A stretch of 64,000 bases of DNA, taken from the NCBI GenBank assembly GCA_963422345.1, contig OY729425.1, forward strand, positions 2,287,156 to 2,351,155. The letters are read 5' to 3'. Made by a program: the position numbers and the translations under genes. A model generated the notes under the pieces. It was not told where the DNA came from, made no database searches, and saw only the letters and a list, made by a program, of their open reading frames with translations. Positions 10,372 through 20,535 of this stretch are shown here, piece after piece. This DNA comes from an uncultured Sphingomonas sp. (GTDB taxonomy: Bacteria; Pseudomonadota; Alphaproteobacteria; Sphingomonadales; Sphingomonadaceae). Positions within the stretch are counted from its first letter, which is position 1, and each line of letters opens with the position of its first letter.

Positions 10372-13300
10372 TCAGCTGACCAACGCAAGCCTCGTCTCAG
10401 AGGCTTTCAGTTCGACATTGCGCACATCCTGCAAGGCTTCAATGCGTCCGACAAGCTCTCCGTCGATCAGAAAGTCGCGACCGAGCAGCATTCGGGCTGA
10501 TCCTCCGTCCGGCAGTGCCGCATTGACCCATAGCTGCCCGCGCGCGCCACGCGCCTCGGCGACAAGGCTGGCCAGCGCCGCAATGCCCTCCGGGGAAACA
10601 ATATCGGCCTCCAGGACGAAACGGGCATTGCTGGCCAGTGCCTCAAAGGGCTGGAAGCGTTTGATCGAAACCCTGGGACTTTCCTCGCCCGGTCGCCGGT
10701 CAAGTTCGACGGTAATGATCCCGCAGGCGCCCGTCCGGGCGGCTTCCTCAAGGTCAGCCGCAACGGCATCATCAAAACAGGTTGCGACAAACTGCCCCGA
10801 CGGATCAGACAGGGTCGCCATCAGATAGCGACGACCGCGTGCCGATGTCCGCCAACGTGCATCCTCGATCAGCGCTGCCATGGTCGCACCGGCGCGCGTC
10901 CCATCATCGGGGATGTCCAGTTCACCCAGCGCGGCATAGCTGCGCGCGCCATGCATCCGTGCCAGATGGCCATGCCGGTCAACCGGGTGCGCGGAAAAGT
11001 AAAAGCCGAACGCCTCCTTTTCCTGCTCCATTCGTTGCGCCAGCGTCCAGCGTGCCGATGTTGGCAGCCGGATCGCCGGTTCAGCCGCGTCCTCGCCGCC
11101 AAACAGGCCATGCTGCCCGCTGATTTTCTGGTCATGCACCCGCGCCGCCGTGGCCAGAATCGTTTCGGCACAGGCAAAAATGCCGGCGCGATTGGCGTCA
11201 AAGCTGTCAAACGCCCCCGCCGCCGCCAGTGTTTCAAGCTGGCGCTTGTTCAACATCCGTGGGTCAACGCGGTGCGCCATGTCATCGATCCCGGCATAGG
11301 GGCCCTGGGCATCGCGCTCGGCAACCAGCCGCTCCATTGCCCCTTCACCAACGCTCTTCAGCGCAGCAAGGGCATAACGGACAGCAAAGCCATCGGCGGT
11401 TTCCTCGACCGAAAAATCGGCAACACTGGCGTTGATATCGGGTGGCAGGCAACTGACACCCATGCGCCGCATATCGTCGGTGAATACGCCGAGCTTGTCG
11501 GTCAGGCTCATGTCGTAACACATGGATGCGGCATAGAATTCGTGCGGGTAATGCGCCTTTAGCCACGCAGTATGATAGGCCAGCAGGGCATAGGCTGCCG
11601 CGTGGCTCTTGTTGAAGCCATAGCCCGCGAACTTGTCGATCAAGTCGAACAGCTCATTGGCCTTGCCTGCCTCGATACCGTTGACCGACTTGCAGCCCTC
11701 GACAAAGCCGGCGCGCTGCGCGTCCATCTCGGCCTTGATCTTCTTGCCCATCGCGCGGCGCAACAGATCGGCCTGTCCCAGATTGTATCCGGCGAGCACC
11801 TGGGCAGCCTGCATCACCTGTTCCTGATAGACGAAGATGCCGTAAGTCTCTGACAGGATACCTTCGAGCAGCGGGTGCGGATATTCGATCGGCTCGCGCC
11901 CGTTCTTGCGCGCACCGAACATCGGAATATTGTCCATCGGCCCCGGGCGATAGAGCGAGACCAGCGCGATGATGTCACCGAAGTTCGACGGCCGCACCGC
12001 TGCCAGTGTCCGGCGCATCCCTTCGGATTCGAGCTGGAAAACGCCGACCGTGTCGCCCTTCTGAAGCAATTTATAGACTGCCTCATCATCCCATTCGAGC
12101 GTGTCGAGATCGACAATCACGCCACGGTCAGCGAGTATTTCCAGGGCTTTTTTCAGAACCGACAGGGTCTTGAGGCCAAGAAAGTCGAACTTCACCAGAC
12201 CGGCGCTTTCGACATATTTCATGTCGAACTGGGTCACCGGCATGTCAGAACGCGGGTCGCGGTACAACGGCACCAGCTGCGCCAGTGGCCGGTCGCCGAT
12301 CACCACACCCGCCGCATGGGTCGAGCTGTGGCGGGGCAGGCCCTCAAGCTTCATCGCCAGGTCAATCAGGTGGCGGACACCGTCATCGTTGCGATATTCC
12401 TGTGCCAGTTCGCTGACCCCGTTCAGTGCGCGTTCCAGCGTCCACGGGTCAGTCGGATGATTGGGGATCAGCTTGGCGATGCGATCCACCTGGCCATAGC
12501 TCATCTGCAAGACGCGGCCGGTATCCTTGAGCACGGCGCGGGCCTTCAGTTTTCCGAAGGTGATGATCTGTGCGACCTGGTCGCGACCATATTTCTCCTG
12601 GACGTAGCGGATCACCTCGCCACGCCGCGTTTCGCAAAAGTCGATGTCGAAATCGGGCATCGACACGCGCTCGGGGTTGAGGAAGCGTTCGAACAGCAGC
12701 CCCAGTTTCATCGGGTCAAGGTCAGTGATGGTCAGCGCCCAGGCGACCACCGACCCCGCGCCAGAGCCACGCCCCGGCCCGACCGGAATGTCATGATCCT
12801 TCGCCCATTTGATAAAGTCGGCGACGATCAGGAAATAGCCGGGGAAACCCATCGAGATAATCACGTCGAGCTCGAAATCGAGCCGCGCAACATAACGCTG
12901 GCGCGCCTCATCGTCGGCGATTCCGGCCCGCTCCAGCCGCTTTGTCAGTCCGGCATGGGCATCGACCCGCAACGCGACCGCTTCAGCATCACGGTCTCCG
13001 GCAAGACTCGGCAGGATCGGCTTTCGGCCGGGTGCGGACACGGCGCAACGCTGCGCGACGACCAGGGTGTTGGCAATCGCCTCAGGCAGGTCCGCGAAGA
13101 GCAGCCTCATGTCCTTTGCCGGCTTCATCCATGCGTCGGGCGAGCTGCGCGGACGATCATCACTGGCCAGATAGCTTGAACTGGCGATGCACAGCAGCGC
13201 GTCATGCGCCTCGCCAAAGGCTTCATCAGCAAAGCAACACGGGTTGGTCGCGACCAACGGCAGGTCACGATCATAGGCCAGGTCGAGCAATGGCCCCTCT

Positions 13301-13854
13301 GCCCGTCCCTCAATTTCATCCAGCCGCCGCGTCAACTCGATATAGAGCCGATCAGGGAACAAGCGCTGCAGCCGGTCAGCATAGGCTGCGGCGCGGTCGG
13401 GCTGATCCTCGGCAAACAGCCGTGTCAGCCCACCCTCGCGGCCTGCGGTCAGCGCAATCAATCCATCGGTGCGCCCCTCAAGGGCGGCAAAATCAACATG
13501 CGGGGCGAGTTCCAGCGGGCGATCAAGATGCGCCTGCGACACCAGACCACAGAGGTTCTGATAGCCGAGCTCGTCCTGGGCATAGAGTGCCAGCCAGTCG
13601 ATAATCGGCTCAACCGAGTCAGGCATATCGGGCCGCGCCAGCCCAAGCATCGCCCCGATAACCGGCTGGACGCCCGCGCCCTTGCACGCATCGGAAAAGG
13701 CCATTGCGGCATAGAGGCCGTTGCGATCAGTCAGCGCCACTGCCGGGAAGCCCAGCTCCTGCGCGCGCTTGGCAATCGCCTTGGGCTCAATCGCCCCGTC
13801 GAGCATGGTGTAGGACGAAAAGACGCGGAGGGGCACGAAGCCGGAATGAGGCAT
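10372..13854 (-). CDS. dnaE: DNA polymerase III alpha subunit
   Basis: PHP domain, GPGRGSGAGS, MPDFDIDF, KFDFLGLKTL, YGFNKSHAAAY; 1160 aa. Confidence 0.98.
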   Translation of the reverse strand: MPHSGFVPLRVFSSYTMLDGAIEPKAIAKRAQELGFPAVALTDRNGLYAAMAFSDACKGAGVQPVIGAMLGLARPDMPDSVEPIIDWLALYAQDELGYQNLCGLVSQAHLDRPLELAPHVDFAALEGRTDGLIALTAGREGGLTRLFAEDQPDRAAAYADRLQRLFPDRLYIELTRRLDEIEGRAEGPLLDLAYDRDLPLVATNPCCFADEAFGEAHDALLCIASSSYLASDDRPRSSPDAWMKPAKDMRLLFADLPEAIANTLVVAQRCAVSAPGRKPILPSLAGDRDAEAVALRVDAHAGLTKRLERAGIADDEARQRYVARLDFELDVIISMGFPGYFLIVADFIKWAKDHDIPVGPGRGSGAGSVVAWALTITDLDPMKLGLLFERFLNPERVSMPDFDIDFCETRRGEVIRYVQEKYGRDQVAQIITFGKLKARAVLKDTGRVLQMSYGQVDRIAKLIPNHPTDPWTLERALNGVSELAQEYRNDDGVRHLIDLAMKLEGLPRHSSTHAAGVVIGDRPLAQLVPLYRDPRSDMPVTQFDMKYVESAGLVKFDFLGLKTLSVLKKALEILADRGVIVDLDTLEWDDEAVYKLLQKGDTVGVFQLESEGMRRTLAAVRPSNFGDIIALVSLYRPGPMDNIPMFGARKNGREPIEYPHPLLEGILSETYGIFVYQEQVMQAAQVLAGYNLGQADLLRRAMGKKIKAEMDAQRAGFVEGCKSVNGIEAGKANELFDLIDKFAGYGFNKSHAAAYALLAYHTAWLKAHYPHEFYAASMCYDMSLTDKLGVFTDDMRRMGVSCLPPDINASVADFSVEETADGFAVRYALAALKSVGEGAMERLVAERDAQGPYAGIDDMAHRVDPRMLNKRQLETLAAAGAFDSFDANRAGIFACAETILATAARVHDQKISGQHGLFGGEDAAEPAIRLPTSARWTLAQRMEQEKEAFGFYFSAHPVDRHGHLARMHGARSYAALGELDIPDDGTRAGATMAALIEDARWRTSARGRRYLMATLSDPSGQFVATCFDDAVAADLEEAARTGACGIITVELDRRPGEESPRVSIKRFQPFEALASNARFVLEADIVSPEGIAALASLVAEARGARGQLWVNAALPDGGSARMLLGRDFLIDGELVGRIEALQDVRNVELKASETRLALVS

Positions 13855-13986
13855 CGCGCGACTATGCCCGGCTCAGGTGATTCGCGAAACCGTCATCCTG
13901 CCGGATGGTGGCGAATTCGGTCGCAAAGCTTCCCGTCTTCATGCCAACGCAGGAGTCCAAGCTTGCCCAGCGGCAAAGCCATGACG

Positions 13987-14466
13987 CTACAGCAGTGCCT
14001 CAATATCCGCCTTGATCTCTTCCGGCTTGGTCGTCGGCGCATAGCGCTTGATCGTCTTGCCATTGCGATCGACCAGGAATTTGGTGAAATTCCATTTGAT
14101 CGACCGGGAACCCATCAGGCCCGGCGCTTCTTCCTTCAGCTTTTCAAACACCGGCTCGGCATTGCTGCCATTGACGTCGACCTTGGCGAACATCGGGAAG
14201 GTCACGTCATAGGTGAGCGAGCAGAAATTGGCGATTTCAGCGGCGTCGCCCGGCTCTTGCGCACCAAACTGGTTGCACGGAAAACCCAACACCTCAAAGC
14301 CGCGACCGGCCAGTTCGCGATGCAGTGCCTCAAGTCCGGCATATTGCGGTGTGAAGCCGCATTTTGACGCCGTGTTGACCACCAGCAACACCTTGCCGGC
14401 ATAGGCCGAAAGATCGGCCGTCGAGCCGTCAGCGGCCTTGACGCTCATCTCTGTGATCGCGGTCAT
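13987..14466 (-). CDS. Cys-type glutathione peroxidase (BtuE/Gpx family)
   Basis: VNTASKCGFTPQY, GFPCNQFGAQEPG and KWNFTKFL motifs. Confidence 0.93.
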   Translation of the reverse strand: MTAITEMSVKAADGSTADLSAYAGKVLLVVNTASKCGFTPQYAGLEALHRELAGRGFEVLGFPCNQFGAQEPGDAAEIANFCSLTYDVTFPMFAKVDVNGSNAEPVFEKLKEEAPGLMGSRSIKWNFTKFLVDRNGKTIKRYAPTTKPEEIKADIEALL

Positions 14467-15068
14467 GCTTTGCTCCCCTTGTGGCGTGCCAGCAGGAATT
14501 GCAGGTTTTGCCGTACACCGGCCCACTCATCGGAGATGATTGAGTAAACGACAAGGTCACGCACCCGTCCGTCCGGCATGATGCTGTGATTGCGTAACAT
14601 TCCATCGCGCTTTGCACCAAGTCGCTCGATGGCCGTTTGCGATCGTTTATTGAACCAGTCAGTGCGAATCTGCACGACATTACATCCCATCACGTCAAAG
14701 GCATAACCGAGCAGCAAAAGCTTGGCTTCGGTGTTGACGCCGGTGCGCTGCACGGATCGCGCGTAGAAAGTGCCTCCAATCTCCACCCGCTTGCTCGCCG
14801 GGTTCATCCGCATGAAGCGCGTCAGCCCGACCACACGCCCGTCTGGCGTTTCGACGGCAAAGGGCATCGCCCGCCCAAAATCACGTTCCCTGAGCAGCGC
14901 CGCCATTGCAGCATCGGGATCAACAAAGGTTGCGACGTTGGTGAAGAACAACGCCGTCAGGTCGCCATCGTCCGCTGCTGCGACAATCGCGTCGCGATCT
15001 TCGACGCATAACGGGCGCAACGTGACATGTTCACCACGCAGCGTCGGCGCATCGCGCCAGATATTCAT
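14463..15068 (-). CDS. RimJ/RimL-type GNAT acetyltransferase
   Basis: [43 protein letters not shown]. Confidence 0.85.
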   Translation of the reverse strand: MNIWRDAPTLRGEHVTLRPLCVEDRDAIVAAADDGDLTALFFTNVATFVDPDAAMAALLRERDFGRAMPFAVETPDGRVVGLTRFMRMNPASKRVEIGGTFYARSVQRTGVNTEAKLLLLGYAFDVMGCNVVQIRTDWFNKRSQTAIERLGAKRDGMLRNHSIMPDGRVRDLVVYSIISDEWAGVRQNLQFLLARHKGSKA

Positions 15069-15739
15069 GCCAACCGCCCTTCAGCCAGCCTCACAACCCG
15101 ATCCATCTTGTGCGCCAGCCGCTCATTGTGCGTCGCGACCAGTGCGGCTGATCCTTCGCCACGCACCAGCCTGAGAAACTCTGCCAGCACGACATCGGCC
15201 GTTGCCTCGTCAAGGTTGCCGGTCGGTTCGTCCGCCAGCACCAGCGCCGGCTTGTTGGCAAGCGCCCGCGCGACCGCAACGCGCTGCTGCTCGCCGCCCG
15301 AAAGCTGGCTCGGGCGATGCGTCAGCCGGTGACCCAGGCCAAGCGCCGTCAGCAGCGCGGTTGCGCGCGCATCCGCCTCGGCGCGGGTCCGGTCACGGAT
15401 CAGCTGCGGCAGAACGACATTCTCGGTCGCGTTGAAATCCGGCAGCAGGTGGTGAAACTGATAGACGAAGCCAAGGTAATCGCGCCGCAACAGCGTTCTC
15501 GCATGCGCATCAGCGCGCGACGCCTCTTCGCCTGCGATACGGATTGATCCCTGAAAACCACCCTCAAGCAACCCTACCGCCTGCAGCAAGGTTGATTTGC
15601 CCGATCCGGACGGGCCGAGCAGTGCAACAATTTCGCCCTGGCCGACGGTCAGGTCGACACCACGCAAGACCTCGATGGTTTCGCCGCCCTGGCTGAAACT
15701 GCGGGTAAGCCCGGTAACTTCCAAGATCGGGCTATTCAT
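15065..15739 (-). CDS. lolD: Lipoprotein-releasing ABC transporter ATPase
   Basis: Walker [34 protein letters not shown]; adjacent to lolE. Confidence 0.93.
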   Translation of the reverse strand: MNSPILEVTGLTRSFSQGGETIEVLRGVDLTVGQGEIVALLGPSGSGKSTLLQAVGLLEGGFQGSIRIAGEEASRADAHARTLLRRDYLGFVYQFHHLLPDFNATENVVLPQLIRDRTRAEADARATALLTALGLGHRLTHRPSQLSGGEQQRVAVARALANKPALVLADEPTGNLDEATADVVLAEFLRLVRGEGSAALVATHNERLAHKMDRVVRLAEGRLA

Positions 15740-16982
15740 AGCGCAGCACCTGGACCGGGTCAGTACTCGCTGCTTTCCACGCCGGGTAAAGCGTGGCGAG
15801 GAAGCTGAACACCAGCGCCATCAAGGCGATCCCGACAATCTCGCCCGGGTTGCTCTTCGAGGGCAGCTCATCGAGAAACCGGATCGTCGGATCCCACAAA
15901 TTCTGCCCGGTCAGTTTCTGCACGATGTTCACAATGCCCTGGCGGTATTGCAGGAACAGAAATCCGAGGCACAGCCCTGCCACGACGCCCAGCGCACCAA
16001 TAGTCGTGCCAACCGTGATGAAGATTTTCATCAGCCCCCGGCGCGTCGCTCCCATCGTCCGCAGGATCGCAATATCGCGCGTCTTGGCCCGGACCAGCAT
16101 GATCAGCGACGACAGGATGTTGAATACCGCCACGAGGATGATGATCGACAGCACGGTAAACATCGCCACACGCTCAACGCCCAGCGCCTCAAATAATTGC
16201 GCGTTCATTTGCCGCCAGTCGATGACCACGGCCTGTCCGGCCACCCTGGCGCTCAGCGGCTGGAGGATCGCCTGGACACGGTCAGGATCAACCGTGTTGA
16301 CCTCGATCATCCCGACCGAATCGCCCATCAGCAACAAGGTTTGGGCATCCTCCATCGGCATCAGGATGTAGGATTTGTCATAGTCATAGACGCCAATCTC
16401 GAAAATCGCGCCGACCTTGTACGACACGATCCGTGGCATTGTTCCGAACGGCGTCGTCTGACCCTGTGGACTGATCAGTGAAATGTCGCTGCCAATCGTC
16501 GCACCAAGATTTTCGGCCAGGCGTGATCCGATCGCGATATTGTTGCTGCCAGCGGTTACCTTGGCGAGTGACCCGAGCACGATCTTGTCGCCGATACTGG
16601 CGTTGCGGCGCAGATCCTCAACCCGCATTCCCCGCAGCAGGACGGCTTCCACGCGACCATTGTAACTGGTCATCAATGGCTGTTCGATCATTGGGGTCGC
16701 GCTGGTCACGCCGGGTGTGGCATTGGCCACGTCGATCACGTGACGCCAGTTGGGCATCTGGCCGCCGATGCCCTGCACCACGGCATGGCCGTTCAGTCCG
16801 ACAATCTTGTCGAACAGCTCGGCGCGAAAGCCGTTCATGACGCTCATCACGATCACAAGGGCCGCGACGCCCAGCATCACCGCGAACCAGCTGATCATCG
16901 CGACGAGAAATATAAAGGCCTCGCCCTTGCCCGGCAGCAAATAACGCCGCGCAATCATGGCTTCATAGCGGGACAAGATCAT
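15732..16982 (-). CDS. lolE: Lipoprotein-releasing ABC transporter permease (LolC/E)
   Basis: [43 protein letters not shown]. Start trimmed to ATG 16982. Confidence 0.93.
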   Translation of the reverse strand: MILSRYEAMIARRYLLPGKGEAFIFLVAMISWFAVMLGVAALVIVMSVMNGFRAELFDKIVGLNGHAVVQGIGGQMPNWRHVIDVANATPGVTSATPMIEQPLMTSYNGRVEAVLLRGMRVEDLRRNASIGDKIVLGSLAKVTAGSNNIAIGSRLAENLGATIGSDISLISPQGQTTPFGTMPRIVSYKVGAIFEIGVYDYDKSYILMPMEDAQTLLLMGDSVGMIEVNTVDPDRVQAILQPLSARVAGQAVVIDWRQMNAQLFEALGVERVAMFTVLSIIILVAVFNILSSLIMLVRAKTRDIAILRTMGATRRGLMKIFITVGTTIGALGVVAGLCLGFLFLQYRQGIVNIVQKLTGQNLWDPTIRFLDELPSKSNPGEIVGIALMALVFSFLATLYPAWKAASTDPVQVLRYE

Positions 16983-17175
16983 GCGGGCGCCGGCACCAAG
17001 GCTGGAGGATGTCGCTGCCTCTAGGCGCTGGCTTCGCCGGTGGCAACAGAAACGGCCTGTTGCGCAATCGCCACAGCTTCGCCGCAATCGCTTCAGTTTG
17101 GACATATTCCCGGTGACAAATCCAACAGCCCTGCCTAGCAATCAACGCGCTGAGACACAGGCAATGGCCGTGGTT

Positions 17176-17285
17176 CGGGGAAGGATTGAAGCCCCGCCTT
17201 GCAAAAGGTGCGCGGGCAACATCCGAAGGGGGCTGACGAGTGATCGTCACGCAGGCGCCCGGACTGGAAACGGTCCGGGCGTTTT
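17176..17285 (+). ncRNA. Candidate structured RNA (unidentified sRNA or cis element)
   Basis: Three GNRA-capped hairpins on the plus strand: CCTT-GCAA-AAGG, TGACGA-GTGA-TCGTCA and CCCGGACTG-GAAA-CGGTCCGGG followed by a T tract. No family recognised. Confidence 0.5.
17256..17285 (+). terminator. Rho-independent terminator oriented for a plus-strand transcript
   Basis: CGCCCGGACTG-GAAA-CGGTCCGGGCG followed by TTTT. Confidence 0.7.
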
Positions 17286-17374
17286 CCGTTTATGGTCGGT
17301 TGCCCGACGCACAATGTTGCGAACAGGCGCACGGCGCGGAAGACGGCCTTTGACCGCTCCCGCGCCGTCGTTCG

Positions 17375-19792
17375 TCAGAACCGCTTTGAGATTGTAGCGC
17401 CAAAGGTGCGCGGGTCGCCGGGTTGGCCGACGATCAGGCCCGTGCTGCCCGATTGCGCAGTCAATATCTCGAAATAGTTATGGTTGAAGGCGTTGCGCAC
17501 CCAGCCATAGATATTGAAGCCATCATGGCGGTATCCGAGCCGAAAGTTCGACAGTGAATAGCCGGCGATGTCCATATAGGCCGAACGCGACGGGTTCGAC
17601 GAAAATTTGGAACGGTAACTGCCGTCGTAGCCGAGATAGACCTCACCGTTCGCGACCGGCACGTTATACTCGGCGCCAAAGGAGAAAGCCCATTTCGAGA
17701 TACCGGGGAGCAATTGCCCCGAGATGTCGCAGGTCAGCGGGCTGAGCCCCGGCGTGCCGGCGGGCGCTGGCGTTGCACCGTTCAGGGCAGGATTGCCGCC
17801 AGACAGTTCCGGTGGGCATGGCGCGTTGGTGAAGCGCACATATTTGGCGTCAGTGAACGCGCCATTGACATAGACACTGAAGCGCTGATTCGGACGGAAC
17901 GAAGAATCAAATTCCACGCCACGCACGCGCACCTTGCCGGCATTGGCCAGATAACCCCGGATTACCGTGGTCTGGCCGTTGTTCACCGTCGCCTGATAGT
18001 CAGCGATCTCGGTCCAGAACCCCGCGAGATTGAGTGTCACGCGCCGGTCGAGAAACTGGGTCTTGAGGCCAAGCTCGAAGTGGTTGACCTTTTCCGGCTT
18101 CACCGTCTGCGTTGTGAGATCGACGGCGGTATTGGTCGCATTGAGCGGCAGGCCGGAGAGATTGATGCCGCCGGATTTGAAGCTGCGCGCATAGGTTGCA
18201 TAGCCATGAATGTCGGTGCTGAAGTCGTAGGACAAGGTCAGGTCGCCAGACACATTCCATGCGCTGAAGCGTGGCGCATAGGATTGCGGCGCAAGCGTGT
18301 TGAGCTGGTCCGCATTGAGTACATTGCTGCCCGTGCCGGTCGTGACCACCGACACATAGGAACCACTTTTGCGATCATAATTGACGCGCAAACCGGGCTG
18401 GATGTGAAAGCGATCAAGAACCTCCCAGTTCAGCTTGCCGAACACCGCGAAGCTGGTGTTGTCGAAATCGATCGTGTTGCGGCTGGTCAGGCCGTCAAGG
18501 ATTGCGGGGTTGCAGGCATTCGCCGTTACCGGCGCACAGGCGCTTGAACCTACCGCAACCGCCCCGCCAGGGTTGAGCAGCCAGCGACTGGCCGCCGGTC
18601 CCTGGACCTGCAGGCCGTCGGTGTGGATCGTCTGGTTGAAGAAGAAGGCGCCGAGCGTGTATTGCAATCGCGATTTGCCGTTCGATGCCAGGCGCAGTTC
18701 CTGTGAATATTGCGTCTGATGGGACGGATTGGCCGATACCGTGGTGATCGGCAGGCCGGTAAAGTCGCGGTCATTGGCGGGTTTCCAGTCCCAGTTGCGC
18801 CATGCGCTTACCGAGGTGATCGTCGCCAGACCAATATCCCAGTTACCGACCAGCGAAACACCGGCCATGGTCTGCTTCGAGTTCAGCTTGGCATCGACAT
18901 CGGTGATGCGATCGAACGGGTTGGTGCTTGGTGGCGTATAGTTGAAAGCTGCGGCTAGCGCGGCATATTGCCGGTTCAGCGGGCGCTGCGTCGCCCCGAC
19001 ACGCGCATAATATTGCACGCAACAGGTGGGATTCTGGATATTATAGTCACCTGCCAGGGTAAAATCGAGACCCGGCGCCGGTTTCCACAATAGCTGTCCG
19101 CGTGCGCTGAAATTGTCCTGCCGGTGGATGTCCTCGCCGGTCTTGACGTTAAAGATCGTTCCCTTGCGGCCGGTGCGCGAAACGGAAAGGCGCACCGCCA
19201 GCGCGTCGGCGATAATGGGTGCTGATGCGGAAGCCTTGATTTGCAGATAGCCATAGTTGCCGGTGCTGGCTTCGAACCGTGCCTCGGGAGTGAAGCTTGG
19301 CGCGCGGGTCGTCACGTTGATTGCCCCGGCAGTGGTGTTCTTGCCGTACAATGTGCCTTGTGGACCGCGCAGCACCTCGACCCGTTCGACATCAACAAAA
19401 TCGAACGTCGCCGCACCCGCGCGCCCGACATAGACACCATCAAGATAGAAACCGACGCCCTGTTCGATACCGTCATTGGTCAGGCCAAATGGCGCACCCA
19501 GGCCGCGAATATTGATCGCCGAATTGCGCGGGTTGCTTGAATAGAATTGCAACGATGGCTGGAGCTGTTGCAGCCGGCTAACGTTAAAGGCGCCTGTCTT
19601 GGCAAGTTCGCCACCGGTGATCACCGACAGGGCAATCGGCACATCCTGCGCCCTTTCCTGGCGACGCTGCGCGGTCACGACGATGTCGACCGGCGCGGCA
19701 GCCTCCTGCGTCACACTGGAGTCGGTATCTGGCGGCGGCGCTGATGTGATGGGCGCTGCGGATGCGAGAAGCACGGCAAAGGTCGAAAACAT
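17375..19792 (-). CDS. TonB-dependent receptor
   Basis: Signal peptide, TonB-box-like DIVVTAQRR, plug motif VEVLRGPQGTLYGKNTTAGAINV, C-terminal Phe. Confidence 0.95.
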   Translation of the reverse strand: MFSTFAVLLASAAPITSAPPPDTDSSVTQEAAAPVDIVVTAQRRQERAQDVPIALSVITGGELAKTGAFNVSRLQQLQPSLQFYSSNPRNSAINIRGLGAPFGLTNDGIEQGVGFYLDGVYVGRAGAATFDFVDVERVEVLRGPQGTLYGKNTTAGAINVTTRAPSFTPEARFEASTGNYGYLQIKASASAPIIADALAVRLSVSRTGRKGTIFNVKTGEDIHRQDNFSARGQLLWKPAPGLDFTLAGDYNIQNPTCCVQYYARVGATQRPLNRQYAALAAAFNYTPPSTNPFDRITDVDAKLNSKQTMAGVSLVGNWDIGLATITSVSAWRNWDWKPANDRDFTGLPITTVSANPSHQTQYSQELRLASNGKSRLQYTLGAFFFNQTIHTDGLQVQGPAASRWLLNPGGAVAVGSSACAPVTANACNPAILDGLTSRNTIDFDNTSFAVFGKLNWEVLDRFHIQPGLRVNYDRKSGSYVSVVTTGTGSNVLNADQLNTLAPQSYAPRFSAWNVSGDLTLSYDFSTDIHGYATYARSFKSGGINLSGLPLNATNTAVDLTTQTVKPEKVNHFELGLKTQFLDRRVTLNLAGFWTEIADYQATVNNGQTTVIRGYLANAGKVRVRGVEFDSSFRPNQRFSVYVNGAFTDAKYVRFTNAPCPPELSGGNPALNGATPAPAGTPGLSPLTCDISGQLLPGISKWAFSFGAEYNVPVANGEVYLGYDGSYRSKFSSNPSRSAYMDIAGYSLSNFRLGYRHDGFNIYGWVRNAFNHNYFEILTAQSGSTGLIVGQPGDPRTFGATISKRF

Positions 19793-19820
19793 GAAGCGTC
19801 CCCCGTTTGAGTCGGCTTTA

Positions 19821-19843
19821 ATTCCCCCTAATTTGGTGGGAGT
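19821..19843. promoter_or_regulatory. Imperfect palindrome upstream of the TonB-dependent receptor, candidate regulator site
   Basis: ATTCCCCCTAA-T-TTGGTGGGAGT; 16 of 22 positions are symmetric; 28 bp from the ATG. Confidence 0.45.
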
Positions 19844-19911
19844 TTAATCCCAGCGCTTCTTTTTCGGTTGCAAGCGGAACTTTAGCCCCACGCTTTTCCG
19901 CCATTTTGCCT

Positions 19912-19939
19912 CTTGAACCGGCGACGAGACGCACCAGAT
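19912..19939 (+). promoter_or_regulatory. RpoH (sigma32)-type promoter of ibpA
   Basis: CTTGAA-N14-CACCAGAT resembles the alphaproteobacterial RpoH consensus and precedes an Hsp20 gene. Confidence 0.65.
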
Positions 19940-20013
19940 TTGCGATGTTCGGCGCCTGACGGGCCGAACAGACAACGGTGTCGCACCCCGGTGGACACCC
20001 CTTTTGACGACCA

Positions 20014-20040
20014 ACTCGCTTCAATGGAGGATTTGACATG
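20014..20040 (+). promoter_or_regulatory. ROSE-type RNA thermometer, SD-sequestering hairpin
   Basis: UCGCU (20016-20020) can pair with SD AGGA (20028-20031) with a bulged G, the ROSE signature upstream of sHSP genes. Confidence 0.7.
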
Positions 20041-20508
20041 CGTCAGTTTGATTTGACCCCCTTCCGCCGTTCCGCAATTGGCTTTGACCGCCTGTTCGAC
20101 ATGCTCGAAACCAGCGCGCGTCAGTCCGCCGTGGACAACTACCCTCCCTTCAATCTCGAGCGTCTCGCCGAAGACCGCTACCGCACCACCATCGCGGTTG
20201 CCGGCTTCAGCCGCGACGAGATTGAAATCACCGCACAACAGAACCTGCTGCAGGTGCGCGGCAAGAAGGCTGACCAGACAGGTGACAACGGCGCCTTCCT
20301 GCATCTCGGCATCGCGACGCGCAGCTTCGAGCGCCGGTTTGAACTGGCTGATTTTGTGCGGGTTGATGACGCGCGGCTCAATGACGGCCTGTTGACCGTC
20401 GAGCTTGTCCGCGAGGTGCCGGAGGCGATGAAGCCGAAGACCATCGCGATCAAGACCGGCGCACCGCTGATCGCTGTCGATGATGCGGACAAGGCAGAGG
20501 CGGCCTGA
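20038..20508 (+). CDS. ibpA: Small heat shock protein (Hsp20/IbpA)
   Basis: IGFDRLFDML, NYPPFNLE, AVAGF, HLGIATRSFERRFELAD, GLLTVEL. Confidence 0.95.
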   Translation: MRQFDLTPFRRSAIGFDRLFDMLETSARQSAVDNYPPFNLERLAEDRYRTTIAVAGFSRDEIEITAQQNLLQVRGKKADQTGDNGAFLHLGIATRSFERRFELADFVRVDDARLNDGLLTVELVREVPEAMKPKTIAIKTGAPLIAVDDADKAEAA

Positions 20509-20535
20509 GCTGCGGCTTTACGGCTGAATGAGTTG

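Noticed and set aside
10372-13854. Intein or split in dnaE
   Set aside because: Length (1160 aa) and motif spacing are normal, with no splicing motifs.
13934-13987. Possible degenerate REP-type repeat between the peroxidase gene and dnaE
   Set aside because: Only loose similarity (CGTC..GGAGTCCA..ATGACG) with poor self-complementarity; not enough support.
11875-14367. 434-aa and 387-aa ORFs antisense to dnaE and the peroxidase gene
   Set aside because: Shadow ORFs of conserved genes in a high-GC genome.
16983-17141. N-terminal extensions of lolE, and similarly of fabD, secG, VOC and the IS630 ORF1, given by the ORF track
   Set aside because: The extensions lack homology-type motifs, and conserved N-termini begin at downstream ATGs.
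17176-17255. Partial resemblance to glycine (CCGAAG..CAGG) or SAM-I (GGCAAC, AAGGTGC) riboswitches
   Set aside because: Core motifs are missing or out of order, and no plus-strand gene lies downstream to regulate.
17229-17275. CTGACGA followed later by GAAA, suggesting a hammerhead ribozyme
   Set aside because: The stem after CUGACGA is followed by GCAG rather than GAAA, the later GAAA is a terminator loop, and there is no NUH at the required position.
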